Shown: piece after piece, positions 48,901 through 56,574 of the stretch
Numbering within the stretch: position 1 is the first letter of the stretch
Layout of the letters: every line of letters starts with the position of its first letter
DNA from: Candidatus Krumholzibacteriota bacterium
GTDB taxonomy: Bacteria; Krumholzibacteriota; Krumholzibacteriia; LZORAL124-64-63
DNA length: 64,000 bases
Assembly (NCBI GenBank): GCA_039714075.1
Contig: JBDLKA010000004.1
Coordinates: forward strand, 3,087 to 67,086
Reading direction: 5' to 3'
Position numbers and translations under genes: made by a program
Notes under the pieces: generated by a model
Told to the model about the DNA's origin: nothing
Databases searched by the model: none
What the model saw: only the letters and a program-made list of their open reading frames with translations

Positions 48901-49104
48901 CTGGAAATCCCAGTCCATGTAGAAGGGGCCCATACGGATTTCCCCGTCCGCCGTCGACCAGACCGCCGAGGTGCTACCTTTGTAAGTGGTTGTGGTGAAA
49001 TCCTCTTCAAAAAAGCCGGCCCCCACCGCCAGGGTCGGCATGAGGCCGGCCGTCACGATGGCCAATACCAGCGCGCAACCCAGTTTCTTCATTCTCGAAT
49101 TCAT
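45937..49104 (-). CDS. Large secreted LVIVD-repeat beta-propeller protein with FN3-like region and a T9SS type-A C-terminal sorting domain (~1055 aa)
   Basis: The ORF runs 45937..49284. The signal peptide MNSRMKKLGCALVLAIVTAGLMPTLAVGA starts at 49104, after an AAGGGGAGA RBS. More than ten LVIVD repeats (e.g. AYLADGGSGLQILDISDPATPVLIG). C-terminus ..GIYLYRFEAGDHTETRRMSLVK. Confidence 0.85.
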   Translation of the reverse strand: MNSRMKKLGCALVLAIVTAGLMPTLAVGAGFFEEDFTTTTYKGSTSAVWSTADGEIRMGPFYMDWDFQAILTGQPRDMVVDGNYIYIAAYTAGLVVMDISNPLSPSIAGSYNTTGTSYGIAVDGNIAYLADGGSGLQILDISDPATPVLIGNVDPYGSAYDVVVDGNTAFLASDYGGIHAIDIMDPTAPNVLDTITTTSTVRDLVLDGDLLHSVSYTHHYRIFDVSDPSLMLQVGFKITPGNAYGLFVEGNTAYVADGSGGLLVLDVTDPALPVQVGAAATGGDSRDVCIVGGYAYVADYTDGLTLLDVRDPASIQTITTGTATASGMAVTVAGNSAYLAATGGLLYGYQAAKTIPLKSVGGQAGAVGYTHAAIVGDVAFVAAGNNGLYIYDINDPENPNLLGQFKDPAYTWSCKQVEVAGDYAFIADAIQGFVVLDISDLSNPTLANKTAGSFSAIAIEGDRAALLGGSSIYAFSLGSLPAIGVMGPMGLAGTGWSLDIEGNYVYVALGAPGIQVLEFFPSAGVRFSPVTVFDTSYAYDVAVDGDQAYVADSYNGVVVLDVSNPAVPSQIGTYATSASALDVRVRGDDLFVGVQLHGIVRLDITDPAIPTLIDAYDGSYTAASVAVAGNHVYLGNSTYGMETVAVSQRMFDPWSNYANSTVFATLSSNAVQARLSTIQTEDVTWELSSDGGTAYAPVAADGNWYNLASPGTQLKWRSNHTVVRPQMNPSCSNLQFEWLYDIPTVDAIVDVPGDQGRQVSLAWERSGYDFVGSAMPITEYAVYRRIDSLASMESGVAEWDKAYPPGDWHFVTTVPADAEDQYAVVVPTLGDSTITDGMYESVFFVRARTATPGVYFDAAPDSGYSVDNLAPSVPTGFVLAAADQLAWNENDEPDFRYFTVYGSANPTLDGTAVVIDHTTGTMLTISGPNPGYYFLTATDFAGNESPAVVVNMVSEVPDATTPLHSALFPNHPNPFNPSTVIRFDLAKDVPVRLTVFDIAGRTVRTLIDGRKMTAGRHEEQWDGRSNAGRPAPAGIYLYRFEAGDHTETRRMSLVK

Positions 49105-49297
49105 CTTGGTCTCCCCTTGTCCTTGCTGTGGATGCTCCCAACCATGCCTGCTCTCATCAAACACCATCCGGAGTCGGATTAAGTTGCAGGGGATTGAGGA
49201 TTTGGCAGGGAAGTGTTTGTGGGGGGGGTTTCTTCCGGCCGCCAAACCCCCGCGGGCTTGGCGGCCGGATGGAATGAAAATCAAAAAGAAACGCGGA

Positions 49298-51355
49298 CTA
49301 CTTCAACAGCGTGATCCTCTGGACGAAGCTCCGGCCACTTGCCTGCAACCGCAGGAAGTAGACCCCGCTCGCCTGCCTGCCGGCGTTCCAGGTCAAGCTG
49401 TGATGGCCGGCTGTCTGCTCCTGCGCCACCAACGTCCGGACCTTTTCGCCGGCCACGTTGTAGACACTCAGCTCGACCGGACCGTCGCGGTCCAGGGTAT
49501 ACGCGATCTTCGTGACCGGGTTGAAGGGATTGGGACTGACACCTTCGATGCCGAGGGTGCCCGCGACCTGGTCAAGGACGGGCGGATCGGCGTGCATCAG
49601 CAGGAGGACGTCCGACCCTGAATATTCTTCGCCGCCCATTTCGAAAGTCAGCTCCAACTCGACGCAGAATTTCTTGGTCGGCACCACATCGGGCGGCAGC
49701 ATGGCCAGGATGGCCGCCACCACTTCCTGGGTATCGAACTTGATGGTCATATCGAGGAAGCCGTCCGGACCATCGGTCGAGCAGCTGTTGCAATCCAGCA
49801 ACTCGCCGTCGTAGGGAGTGGCGACATCCTCGAAAGCGGTCCGAATCGGCACTACGAAGGCGTTTTCCAGATCCTCTTCACCCATCCTGAGAGGCAGCGG
49901 CAGATCCGCGGTCACCGGCGCTACCCCTTCCAACCGGATCGAAGCCGGATCAATCATGGTCACGTCCACTTCGTCCGTGCCCAGGATAGCCACCGGCAGC
50001 ACACCCTCACCCGTTGCGTTGACCGGATTGGGACAGGAGGTCGGCTTGATGTCGACGAAGATATCGGGAGGCTCGAGCTCCGGTACTTCGGTGGCGTTGA
50101 GGATATTGATATACCAGGCGGTCGCGAGGGGGCCATACCAGGCCGAGTACCCGCTCCAGCTCCCATCGGGGTTTTGAATGTCCACCAGGTATTGGCAGTA
50201 GTGGGAGTACCAGTCGTCCGCGGCCGAGGCCAACGGATCCTCGGCAAAGCCGATCGTATAGCCGCCGGTGGCAGCCGCCATCCCCGTACCGACCAGAATC
50301 GGTTGTGCCAGGGAAAAGACCACATCAGTCAGGCCGTAGACGGACAATCCCTTGTAGACGGCCCACATGGCATAGGGGTGATTGAAGTTGCCGTACCAGG
50401 TGCCGCTGGGGAAGGTGTTCCACCGGCCGTTGATGAAGTTGATGGCGGCCTGGACGGACGGATGCGAGACCGCCCGGCCGACGACCGCAAACTCCAGCAG
50501 CAGGCCGCCGGTCTTGCTTACGTTGACATATGACGTGGGAGAGCTGTAGCCGGAACCGCCACTGGTGTCGTTCTGGACATAATCAGCCCAAAGTTCCAGT
50601 TCGTCCCGAACGTATTGCGGAGCCCCCAGTCCCCAGTCGGCGGCATACAGGTAGGGCAGGGCGCCCCACTGCGCCGTGGAATTGTCGGAGCTGCCGTAAT
50701 TGGCGTCGTAGCGCCAGCCGCCCCGGTAATTGCCTGTGTTGGGCTCGACCTGCCCCCAGCTGAACCAGTCGACCAGGTCCTGCATGAGTTGGGCCCAGGT
50801 CAACCCGCTGACCGCTGTAGAACCCATTCCGATGACGGTGTTTTTGCCCAGCCGCTCCCCGAGCGCATAAACGGTCGGGACACAAATCCCGGTCGTGTAG
50901 ACGTTGCGGTTGGGAACACCGATGTTGAAATAGATGGCCTGGTGGTTGCCGCCGTCGTTGGTGAAGATGCCGTCATTATTGTAGTCCTCGGCATAGCGTG
51001 TGTAGACGGCCAACTCAACGCCGAAGCGACTGTCCACTGCCGCCCGGTTGAGCATGTACAGGACCGCCCGGCCCACGACATCCCCGTAGTTGACGCCGTT
51101 CATTTCAAAGTCGACGCCGGGCAGCCATTCCTCTTCGACAAAAGCCAGGGTTGCCGCCGCGGTGGTGGCCAGGGTCCCGTCGTTGCTCAAGTTCCAGTAA
51201 CCTTCGCCTCCGCTGACGACCTGGGTTTGGGCCAGCCAGACCAGGGCGGTGTCGATGGCCGCCTGTTTCTGCTGCTCGGTAGCGGCCAGAGCGCTGCCCC
51301 CAAGTACCAGGACAAGCAGGGCAACGGCAATGATGGTGAGAGAATAGTTCCTCAT
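49298..51355 (-). CDS. Secreted protein with prenyltransferase/squalene-cyclase-like (alpha/alpha-toroid, QxxxGxW-type) repeats and a T9SS type-A C-terminal sorting domain
   Basis: The ORF runs 49298..51376. M8 at 51355 follows a GAGGGGGG RBS. Signal peptide. PFTB/SQCY-like repeats (LVWLAQTQVVSGGEGYW, IQNPDGSWSG). C-terminus NPFNPVTKIAY..GVYFLRLQASGRSFVQRITLLK. Confidence 0.65.
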   Translation of the reverse strand: MRNYSLTIIAVALLVLVLGGSALAATEQQKQAAIDTALVWLAQTQVVSGGEGYWNLSNDGTLATTAAATLAFVEEEWLPGVDFEMNGVNYGDVVGRAVLYMLNRAAVDSRFGVELAVYTRYAEDYNNDGIFTNDGGNHQAIYFNIGVPNRNVYTTGICVPTVYALGERLGKNTVIGMGSTAVSGLTWAQLMQDLVDWFSWGQVEPNTGNYRGGWRYDANYGSSDNSTAQWGALPYLYAADWGLGAPQYVRDELELWADYVQNDTSGGSGYSSPTSYVNVSKTGGLLLEFAVVGRAVSHPSVQAAINFINGRWNTFPSGTWYGNFNHPYAMWAVYKGLSVYGLTDVVFSLAQPILVGTGMAAATGGYTIGFAEDPLASAADDWYSHYCQYLVDIQNPDGSWSGYSAWYGPLATAWYINILNATEVPELEPPDIFVDIKPTSCPNPVNATGEGVLPVAILGTDEVDVTMIDPASIRLEGVAPVTADLPLPLRMGEEDLENAFVVPIRTAFEDVATPYDGELLDCNSCSTDGPDGFLDMTIKFDTQEVVAAILAMLPPDVVPTKKFCVELELTFEMGGEEYSGSDVLLLMHADPPVLDQVAGTLGIEGVSPNPFNPVTKIAYTLDRDGPVELSVYNVAGEKVRTLVAQEQTAGHHSLTWNAGRQASGVYFLRLQASGRSFVQRITLLK

Positions 51356-51604
51356 GAGAATCCCCCCTCGATTCATGGTAAGAACGATTTTTGAAGATTA
51401 AGGCCGGTAGGAATCCTCCGTGAGAATCGTCACCTCCCTTGCTCCCGTTCCTTGAGGGGGAGAAGTAGATTGGCCTGTCTTGAAATCCGCTGGGCGAGGG
51501 GAGGGCAAGGCGGAGACAATAACACAAACTCAATTTTAAAAACAACAAATTTTACCAGAATTGTCCACAATGTCAGTATGACAAAGGCCGGCCGCCAAAT
51601 CGGA

Positions 51605-51620
51605 TGCCCCCCGGGGGGCA
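51605..51620. terminator. Perfect 16-bp palindrome TGCCCCCCGGGGGGCA (terminator-like) downstream of the M28 peptidase gene
   Basis: A self-complementary GC palindrome with a CCGG core, ~70 nt after the minus-strand stop at 51690. Same style as the palindromes at 33811, 42140-42170, 58400-58430 and 59022. Confidence 0.35.
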
Positions 51621-51689
51621 GTATTATGTTAAGTAATTGAAACAATTGGATCTAAAAGTGGGGCCTTGGGGTGGTTTTTTGACTTTTGA

Positions 51690-52670
51690 CTATGGAGCAA
51701 TATCCAGTACGGCCCCGTAAACGGCCTGGACAACCATGGCCATGCGCTCGTAGTCGAGCTTGTCGGCCGTATCCTCCTCGGTGTGGTAGTTCCGGTTCCT
51801 CAGGTAGGCCGTATCGGTGATCATGACCCCGGGGTAGCCCTGGTTGCGGTAGTTGAGGTGGTCGGACCAGTCGACGCCGGGCACCCACCGGGGCGGAGCG
51901 TTTATGGAGTAGACCGGCAGCGCGGTCGCGCCCCGCATGGCCGCCTTCACCCGGCGCACATCCCCACCTGAACCCATGTCCCCCACGACGCCGATCCAGT
52001 TCCCCTCGGTCGGGTAGAAAAGCTTGAGGATCGACAGGGGAAAGCGCTGGCTGTCCGGTTCGTCGCTGAAGTAACCGATCATCTCCAGGGCGATCATGGC
52101 GCGGACTTCGATTCCCTGTTCGTCCAGGTGCCGCGCGTGGACGGCGCTGCCCATGTTTTCGGTGCGGAAGAAGGGCGGTTCTTCCAGGGTGTAGGCCACC
52201 AGTTCCACGGTGAGCGGCAGATCGGCGCCGTCCAACAGCCGCGCGAGTTCCAGCAGGCCGGCCACGCCGCTGGCGTTGTCATCCGCCCCGGGGAGTTCGC
52301 CGTAGGCGTCGTAGTGGGCGCCGACCACGATGCGCTCATCGGTCAGGGGACCGAGCTGGAGGATGACGTTGCGGTATTCGGTGCCGTTGACGGTGTAGGT
52401 TTGTTCGGAACAGAGGCCTGAGGTCCGGGCGAACCGCGAGTGGATATAGTTGGCGGCGGCGTTGAGATTATCCATGTGTTGGTAGTCCCTGGGCACCAAC
52501 TCCTCCGCAAACACCCTGACGCTTGTCTGGAGTTGCGCCGTATCCACTTCGCCCGCCACTACCCGGGAATCCTTTGAAAGCACCGGCTGGGTAACCTGGC
52601 ACATGACCCCAAGGAGCAGAAAGACAATCAGCAGCACAATCACAATCAGGAATTTTTTCAGTTTTCTCAT
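51690..52670 (-). CDS. M28-family zinc aminopeptidase (secreted/lipoprotein)
   Basis: Signal peptide. Metal-ligand motifs GAHYDAY..GADDNASG, EE, and DHLNY. Confidence 0.9.
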   Translation of the reverse strand: MRKLKKFLIVIVLLIVFLLLGVMCQVTQPVLSKDSRVVAGEVDTAQLQTSVRVFAEELVPRDYQHMDNLNAAANYIHSRFARTSGLCSEQTYTVNGTEYRNVILQLGPLTDERIVVGAHYDAYGELPGADDNASGVAGLLELARLLDGADLPLTVELVAYTLEEPPFFRTENMGSAVHARHLDEQGIEVRAMIALEMIGYFSDEPDSQRFPLSILKLFYPTEGNWIGVVGDMGSGGDVRRVKAAMRGATALPVYSINAPPRWVPGVDWSDHLNYRNQGYPGVMITDTAYLRNRNYHTEEDTADKLDYERMAMVVQAVYGAVLDIAP

Positions 52671-53701
52671 CTTGTACCTTCGGTCCCTGAGGCCCTGAAT
52701 TCGACCTTCCCTCTCTCCACCGTATTACCCTCGTCCAGGCGGCGAAACAGGTACACCCCGCCATCCCCTGACGATCCTACCACAAAATACCCGCCAACCA
52801 TTTCCTTCCTGCCGACGAGTTCCAGGTTTTCATCATAGATGCACATCAGGGTGTGGGTGTCCATATCGTCGTCCCGCCTGAAGGATGTTGCAACGGCGCC
52901 CCCGTTCGGCAGGGGCACTATGCCGGTCGTTCCCGACAGGAAGCGGAACGTGGTTCGATCGCCATCGACTTCAGGCATCGGCGGCACCTCGACGAAACCC
53001 TCTCCACCTTCGGTTGTGGTCAAAAGGAGGTCGCCGGCTTGATCGTATTTACGAACCAGCAGGGGAGCCATCTGCAAATAGAGCAAAGCCCCGTTGCTGG
53101 TGACGGCCAAATGGCCTCCCGCATACACCGATTCGACCCTGGAGGGAATATCCAGGCCGACGGCATACGTATCGGAGAACGATTTGATATGCCGGCGTGA
53201 CGGATCGTAAAGGTCCACGGTGGTGTGGTTCGTCAGATTGTTGGCGGTAATGGCGATCCCGCCATCCGGCAGGACGGCTATGGACCTTGCAGACGAGGCC
53301 GGGTTGGCCCGGTCAAAGGAACCGACATGTTTTCCTTCCGTGTCCAGGATCTGCACCCGGCCGCCCTGGCCGGTGGCATAGATCCGATCCTGGGAATCCA
53401 TGGCTATGACAAAATAGGGCATGAGATCCCCGGGGCCTTCCCCCGGCCTTCCCCATTGCCCCACGAACTCTCCGTTCGGTTTGAACTTGAAGATGCACTC
53501 CTGTTTGATGTCGCCGATATAAATGTTGCCCTGAGAGTCCTCCACCACTGGTGTCACATTGCCGAAAAAATACTCATTCTGGTCTGCTTCGGATCCTAGA
53601 ACCAGATCTATTTCAAGTTCGAAATCGAGAGAATTTTCCGGATAGGCAAACGAGGGGAGCACCAGGGCAAGAACAGTCAAAAGCAGGGCGATTTTTTTCA
53701 T
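52667..53701 (-). CDS. NHL-repeat / six-bladed beta-propeller lipoprotein
   Basis: The ORF runs 52667..53716. Signal peptide MKKIALLLTVLALVL from M6. Repeated GxxYIxD / DxxGxxY-like NHL motifs. 4-nt overlap with the downstream M28 gene. Confidence 0.65.
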   Translation of the reverse strand: MKKIALLLTVLALVLPSFAYPENSLDFELEIDLVLGSEADQNEYFFGNVTPVVEDSQGNIYIGDIKQECIFKFKPNGEFVGQWGRPGEGPGDLMPYFVIAMDSQDRIYATGQGGRVQILDTEGKHVGSFDRANPASSARSIAVLPDGGIAITANNLTNHTTVDLYDPSRRHIKSFSDTYAVGLDIPSRVESVYAGGHLAVTSNGALLYLQMAPLLVRKYDQAGDLLLTTTEGGEGFVEVPPMPEVDGDRTTFRFLSGTTGIVPLPNGGAVATSFRRDDDMDTHTLMCIYDENLELVGRKEMVGGYFVVGSSGDGGVYLFRRLDEGNTVERGKVEFRASGTEGTR

Positions 53702-53734
53702 TCGTATTCCGTTCATCTCAAGCCGGTGCTTTCT

Positions 53735-54454
53735 TCACCGGGCACCGGGTGAAAAAGCCCCCGAAATGGAGGCTGCCCGGGGTTCGCCGGTGAAATACTG
53801 ATTGATAAACTTCCCAAAGGTAACCAACCCCTCCTTCTCGTATTCCCAGGAGCCGTCCTCGATGCGGTAGAGGGTGTAGCCTTGGCAGGCTTCTCCGGAT
53901 GTTGCTTCACCGCAGGGCGGACGAACCCAGACTTCCAGATTGCCGTCGATATACAAAGGAGCATGGCCATCGGCACTGGTTATGGTGAACTCGACCCGAA
54001 AATTGACTCTCTGGAGGTTGTAGGCAACGGCCCCCCATGAATCCGTATCGCATTCCGGGCCACACCATTCGGTGGTGCGCTGAAAACGATTCACCTCCAA
54101 CCCGGCAACGCCCGGAGCCGTCCCGCCATCATTGTTCAGGATTTCCCGACCGGAAAAAACATTCCGCCAGACCTGGATCATTTCCCCCTGGTTCAGGTAC
54201 TCCGTCGGAAGCGACAGTTCAACCACATCCTCATCCCTGAACTTGAAAGTGAATTTCTTAGTGTCGTGATCGAACAGAGAGGCCAGCGCCTCGATGTCTC
54301 TTGCCTCCAATGCGGAAACAAAGGCAACCATCAACTCGTCAGGAGAAGAAATCCTGCCCTCCGGGATCGTGATCGGGGGATCATCGTCAGAACAGCCGAC
54401 CAGCAGCAAGGATATCAGGCAAAAAATGCCCAGGGTTGTTCCCGGTCGCCTCAT
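53735..54454 (-). CDS. Hypothetical lipoprotein (lipobox LLVGCS), 239 aa
   Basis: Signal peptide plus lipobox. No recognisable family. 18 nt upstream of the NHL propeller gene. Confidence 0.55.
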   Translation of the reverse strand: MRRPGTTLGIFCLISLLLVGCSDDDPPITIPEGRISSPDELMVAFVSALEARDIEALASLFDHDTKKFTFKFRDEDVVELSLPTEYLNQGEMIQVWRNVFSGREILNNDGGTAPGVAGLEVNRFQRTTEWCGPECDTDSWGAVAYNLQRVNFRVEFTITSADGHAPLYIDGNLEVWVRPPCGEATSGEACQGYTLYRIEDGSWEYEKEGLVTFGKFINQYFTGEPRAASISGAFSPGAR

Positions 54455-54650
54455 GGTCTCTCCAAATTATTTACAAACAGCCCGTTTGTTGATCGAAAGC
54501 ATTATATCACAGGGGTTCTGGAATATTGAGTCATTTGGGGAATCGAATCAACTGGTTGGAAATTGGATCCTGGAATTATGCCTGAAAACCGGGACCCGGA
54601 GCAATCCGGGCCCCGATTGACCATCCAGGGGCCGCCCCTGGTCGTAATAA

Positions 54651-55298
54651 TTAAAAAGGCGTCAGAAGTATCGTTGTCTCGGTATCACCATTTACAGCGC
54701 GCCAGCCTGTCGGGGAAGGGTAATCCGAAATCAGCGGGTGGTAGAACACGTTCATTTGTTCTATCTGATCATTGATACACCATTGCCCGGCTTGATCGCC
54801 GCCAGACGGAACAATGATATTCAAACCGATGGGATCCGATTGATACCTGGGTTTACCATTGAAGTCCCCAACGTAATTGAAAGTGTAGTCCACGGAACCC
54901 TGGGGCGATCCCGTAACCGTGAAACCCTCGGGCTCATCGGTCAAGCCGTTGGCGACATCGGATAAACCACTTTCACCCGTGGAATTCGCGGCACTGACCT
55001 TGTAATAGTACGTCGTAAAATAACCAAGACCCGTGTCGACGAATTCCGTCAAATCTCCTGAATATACCTGGGCGAAATTCGCCGAGGCATTGTCCGACCT
55101 GAACAATAAATATTCCGTTGCGTTATCGGAGGCGTTCCAGGACAGGGCTATGCTCGCCACTCCCGTATCGGTAATGGACAATCCGGTGGGAACAGCGGGA
55201 ACGGGCTTGGGGGTGGTGCCGTTATCGGAATCCGAATCGGAACATCCCGACAACAGGCACAATAAGAAGATGGACGAGAAAATGATGATCGGTTTCAT
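54651..55298 (-). CDS. Lipoprotein with a fibronectin type III domain
   Basis: The ORF runs 54651..55346. M17 at 55298 follows an AGGAGGAG RBS. Signal MKPIIIFSSIFLLCLLSGCS. FN3 signature (PTGLSITDTGVASIALSWNAS..EYLLFRSD..YYYKVSAANSTGESG). Confidence 0.65.
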   Translation of the reverse strand: MKPIIIFSSIFLLCLLSGCSDSDSDNGTTPKPVPAVPTGLSITDTGVASIALSWNASDNATEYLLFRSDNASANFAQVYSGDLTEFVDTGLGYFTTYYYKVSAANSTGESGLSDVANGLTDEPEGFTVTGSPQGSVDYTFNYVGDFNGKPRYQSDPIGLNIIVPSGGDQAGQWCINDQIEQMNVFYHPLISDYPSPTGWRAVNGDTETTILLTPF

Positions 55299-55629
55299 GG
55301 CTCCTCCTGATTTTGAAAACGAACCTGCATCACGGATGCGCAGCAAAGTACACCTTGAAATAATTCAGGACAAGCACAATATTGCGCCTATTGAGCACTA
55401 TAAGCATCTTGTATTCCAAGCAGTTATGGCAGGATGTCGACAGCGGGCAAGCCTTCACTTCAGCAACGTCATGCGCCTGGTATCCACGTACCCTCGGATC
55501 GGCGTGAACCGTCCCGCCTTCAGTTGATACCGGGATAAGGTGGTTTTTTGCACCGCTAGCGGTGTCCCGAAAAGAAGCAAGAAGCGATCCGTCAATTTAT
55601 GCCACCCACTTGGAGATTTGCAGCTCAGC

Positions 55630-56574
55630 CTATTTGATCAACGTCATCCTCTTCGTCTCGACATAGTCGCCGGCCTCGAGGTGGTAGAAGTAGACGCCGG
55701 CAGGAACGATTTGGCCGTTCATGTCTCTTCCTCGCCAATCGACTTCGTTACGGCCCCGAACTGCGATCTCATCGTTCATCAGGACATTCACCAAACGTCC
55801 GGCTACGTCGAATACGCGCAGACTCACTTTCTGTTCTTTCGGCAGGCTGAAGGCAATCGTCGTTTGGGGATTGAAGGGGTTAGGGACCGCATCCAGAAGT
55901 GCGGTCCTCTCCGGCATCGGCAGACTTGCGCTCACGGCGTTGACCGTGAACGAGGTCGGAAAAACCGGCTGGGTAGAGTTATTGCCGGTCCAGTTCGCCG
56001 GGTTGTTGATGGCCGCCAACAACTCGGCGGCGGTGCCGGTGGTGGGACCGGTATAGCTGTAGTTGTCCATCTCCAGCGCCATCGCCACGTTCGCGCCCGA
56101 GAGGGCGGCGGGCAGGGCCGAAGTGTTGGAGGAGGTCGCGTCTGCCTCCCAAGCCGTGCCGTTATCGTGGTAGCCGTAGAGGAGCGTGCCCGTAAGGACC
56201 CCGCCGCCGTCGATGGAACCCTCGAAAGCGAAGATCTGGTCGCCGCTGGATGAGAGGTTGAAGCCGCCATCAACCCCCGGCATGTAGACCACAGTACCGG
56301 CGGCGAGGCCGCCGGCAGGTACGGTGTAGGTGACGACACCCTCACCAATGCGGAAGACAGTCGTATTGCGCCACCCGTTGTCCGTGAACGATATCTCGGT
56401 GCCTGCGTCGATGGTCGTCAAAGCGACGAAGGCGAAGGCCTTCGCCAAGGGGCTAATGTCCGACCGGAACCCGACGATGGCGACGTCACCAGAGGTGAGC
56501 TGGGCGTTGGTGATCGTCGCGGAGGCCGTGATCAGCCCGAAGACCAGAAGCCCAATGACCAGACGAGAATTCAT
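55630..56574 (-). CDS. Secreted hypothetical protein with a T9SS type-A C-terminal sorting domain, 314 aa
   Basis: Signal peptide. The N-terminal domain is unassigned. C-terminus NPFNPQTTIAFSL..GVYFYHLEAGDYVETKRMTLIK. Its start overlaps the stop of the FHA-histidine kinase gene by 4 nt. Confidence 0.7.
   Translation of the reverse strand: MNSRLVIGLLVFGLITASATITNAQLTSGDVAIVGFRSDISPLAKAFAFVALTTIDAGTEISFTDNGWRNTTVFRIGEGVVTYTVPAGGLAAGTVVYMPGVDGGFNLSSSGDQIFAFEGSIDGGGVLTGTLLYGYHDNGTAWEADATSSNTSALPAALSGANVAMALEMDNYSYTGPTTGTAAELLAAINNPANWTGNNSTQPVFPTSFTVNAVSASLPMPERTALLDAVPNPFNPQTTIAFSLPKEQKVSLRVFDVAGRLVNVLMNDEIAVRGRNEVDWRGRDMNGQIVPAGVYFYHLEAGDYVETKRMTLIK

Noticed and set aside
43310-49621. Plus-strand ORFs 43310..44338, 46354..47499, 47893..48756 and 48986..49621, and minus-strand ORF 44701..45642
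   Set aside because: Antisense to the LamG, LVIVD and O-methyltransferase genes. Composition-driven.
50615-51394. 259-aa plus-strand ORF
   Set aside because: Antisense to the SQCY-like T9SS protein gene.
55540-56253. 237-aa plus-strand ORF
   Set aside because: Antisense to the T9SS cargo gene 55630..56574. Arg/Gly/Val-rich. It starts in an intergenic palindrome region without an RBS.
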